Origin: Pseudogymnoascus verrucosus | Lineage: Eukaryota | NCBI GenBank assembly: GCA_001662655.1 | Contig: KV460254.1 | Reading direction: 5' to 3' (one strand) | DNA length: 64,000 nucleotides | Position numbers and translations under genes: made by a program | Shown: positions 63,047 through 64,000 of the stretch, one piece after another | Layout of the letters: every line of letters begins with the position of its first letter | Numbering within the stretch: the stretch's first letter is position 1 | Notes under the pieces: model-generated | What the model saw: only the letters and a program-made list of their open reading frames with translations | What the model was told of the DNA's origin: nothing | Databases searched by the model: none

Positions 63047-64000
63047 TTAAGACTCAGCAGCTGGGGCAGTCTCGGTGGCGACCGCCTCAGCCTCCTTGGG
63101 GGCCTCGGCGGCGGCCTCAGGTGCCTTCTCGGCCTCCTTTGCCTCGGCGGCTGGTGCGGCCTCGGCCTCGCCGCTGTCGGAGGAGGTCCACAGCGTCAGG
63201 TTGTCGCGGAGGAGCTGCATGATCAGGGTGCTGTCGCGGTAGGACTCCTCGGAGAGAGAGTCGAGCTCGGCGATGGCGTCGTCGAAGGCCTGCTTGGCCA
63301 GGTGGCACGCGCGGTCGGGCGAGTTCAGGATCTCGTAGTAGAAGACCGAGAAGTTGAGGGCGAGACCCAGGCGGATGGGGTGGGTGGGGGTGAGCTCAGT
63401 CTGGGCAACGTCGGTGGCGTTCTATGGGAGATGTTAGTTTCAGATCGTGTCTGTACGAGTATGGGAACCGTACCTTGTAAGCCTCGTGTGCGGCAGTGGC
63501 AGCACCCTTGCGCTTCTCTCCCGAGGCGAACTCGGCCAGGTAGCGGTGGTAATCACCCTTCCTATAAAACAAAACAGTCAGAATCGGATCGTGCGGGGTG
63601 TATATAACACAAGATTGGCGATAACGTACATCTTGTGGTAGAAGACCTTGGACTCTCCGGACTCGGCCTTGGGGATCAAGGACTCATCAAGGACGTCAAG
63701 GACATCCTGGCAGACCTTCTCGAGCTCGGTCTCGATCTTCTGGCGGTAATCGCGGATGGTGGAAACGTGCTTCTCGGTTCCCTTGGACTCCTCCTTCTGC
63801 TCGATCGAGGAGATGATGCGCCACGAGGCACGTCTGGTACCCACGACGTTCTTGTAGGCAACGGACAGAAGGTTGCGCTCGTCAACGCTGAGCTCTCCAC
63901 CAAGCTATCGCACAAACACGTCAGTCGATGTTCAGATCCAACCTGGGGCGAACCCCCAGCGACACCCAAGAACTGAGCCTCATACCTTGGCGACCTCCTT
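63047..64000 (-). CDS. 14-3-3 protein, 5'-partial (exons 63986->64000, 63630-63904, 63474-63561, 63047-63421)
   Basis: [53 protein letters not shown] and [18 protein letters not shown]. Confidence 0.96.

Noticed and set aside
1..64000. tRNA, rRNA, intact transposon ORFs or a secondary-metabolite cluster
   Set aside because: No cloverleaf, rRNA-like, transposase/RT or PKS/NRPS motifs seen by eye; tRNAscan-SE and RepeatMasker would be needed to exclude them formally

Overview
Gene-dense, intron-containing DNA from a filamentous ascomycete. Short GT-AG introns with CTRAC/CTAAT branch points indicate Pezizomycotina; Leotiomycetes is my inference. I reconstructed spliced models for about 20 mostly housekeeping genes: NAD kinase, RRP46, PTPA/RRD2, an FAH-family hydrolase, SDH6/SDHAF1 (missed by the ORF track), a BEM3-like RhoGAP, URA6, eIF3m, a HAM-8-like membrane protein, ADE16/17, a small GPI-type wall protein, clathrin heavy chain, pyruvate carboxylase, a small RRxS-rich protein, RPL11, SmB, MPC1, a cation/Ca2+ exchanger, condensin BRN1 and a partial 14-3-3. 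The most unusual signals are non-coding. (1) A 2.1-kb higher-order tandem array (28.4-30.55 kb) of nine A/B dimers whose motifs keep fixed 45-bp and 30-bp spacings despite sequence divergence. (2) A 276-nt URA6 intron that folds into a long G-U-rich hairpin, with a competing pairing beside the branch point. (3) A 503-nt pyruvate carboxylase intron filled with a 14-bp quasi-palindromic minisatellite and ending at a rare GAG acceptor. (4) A candidate H/ACA snoRNA divergent from ADE17. (5) A head-to-head SDH6/FAH-family gene pair. I found no CRISPR array, tRNA, rRNA or intact transposon. Family assignments come from motif recognition, not database searches.
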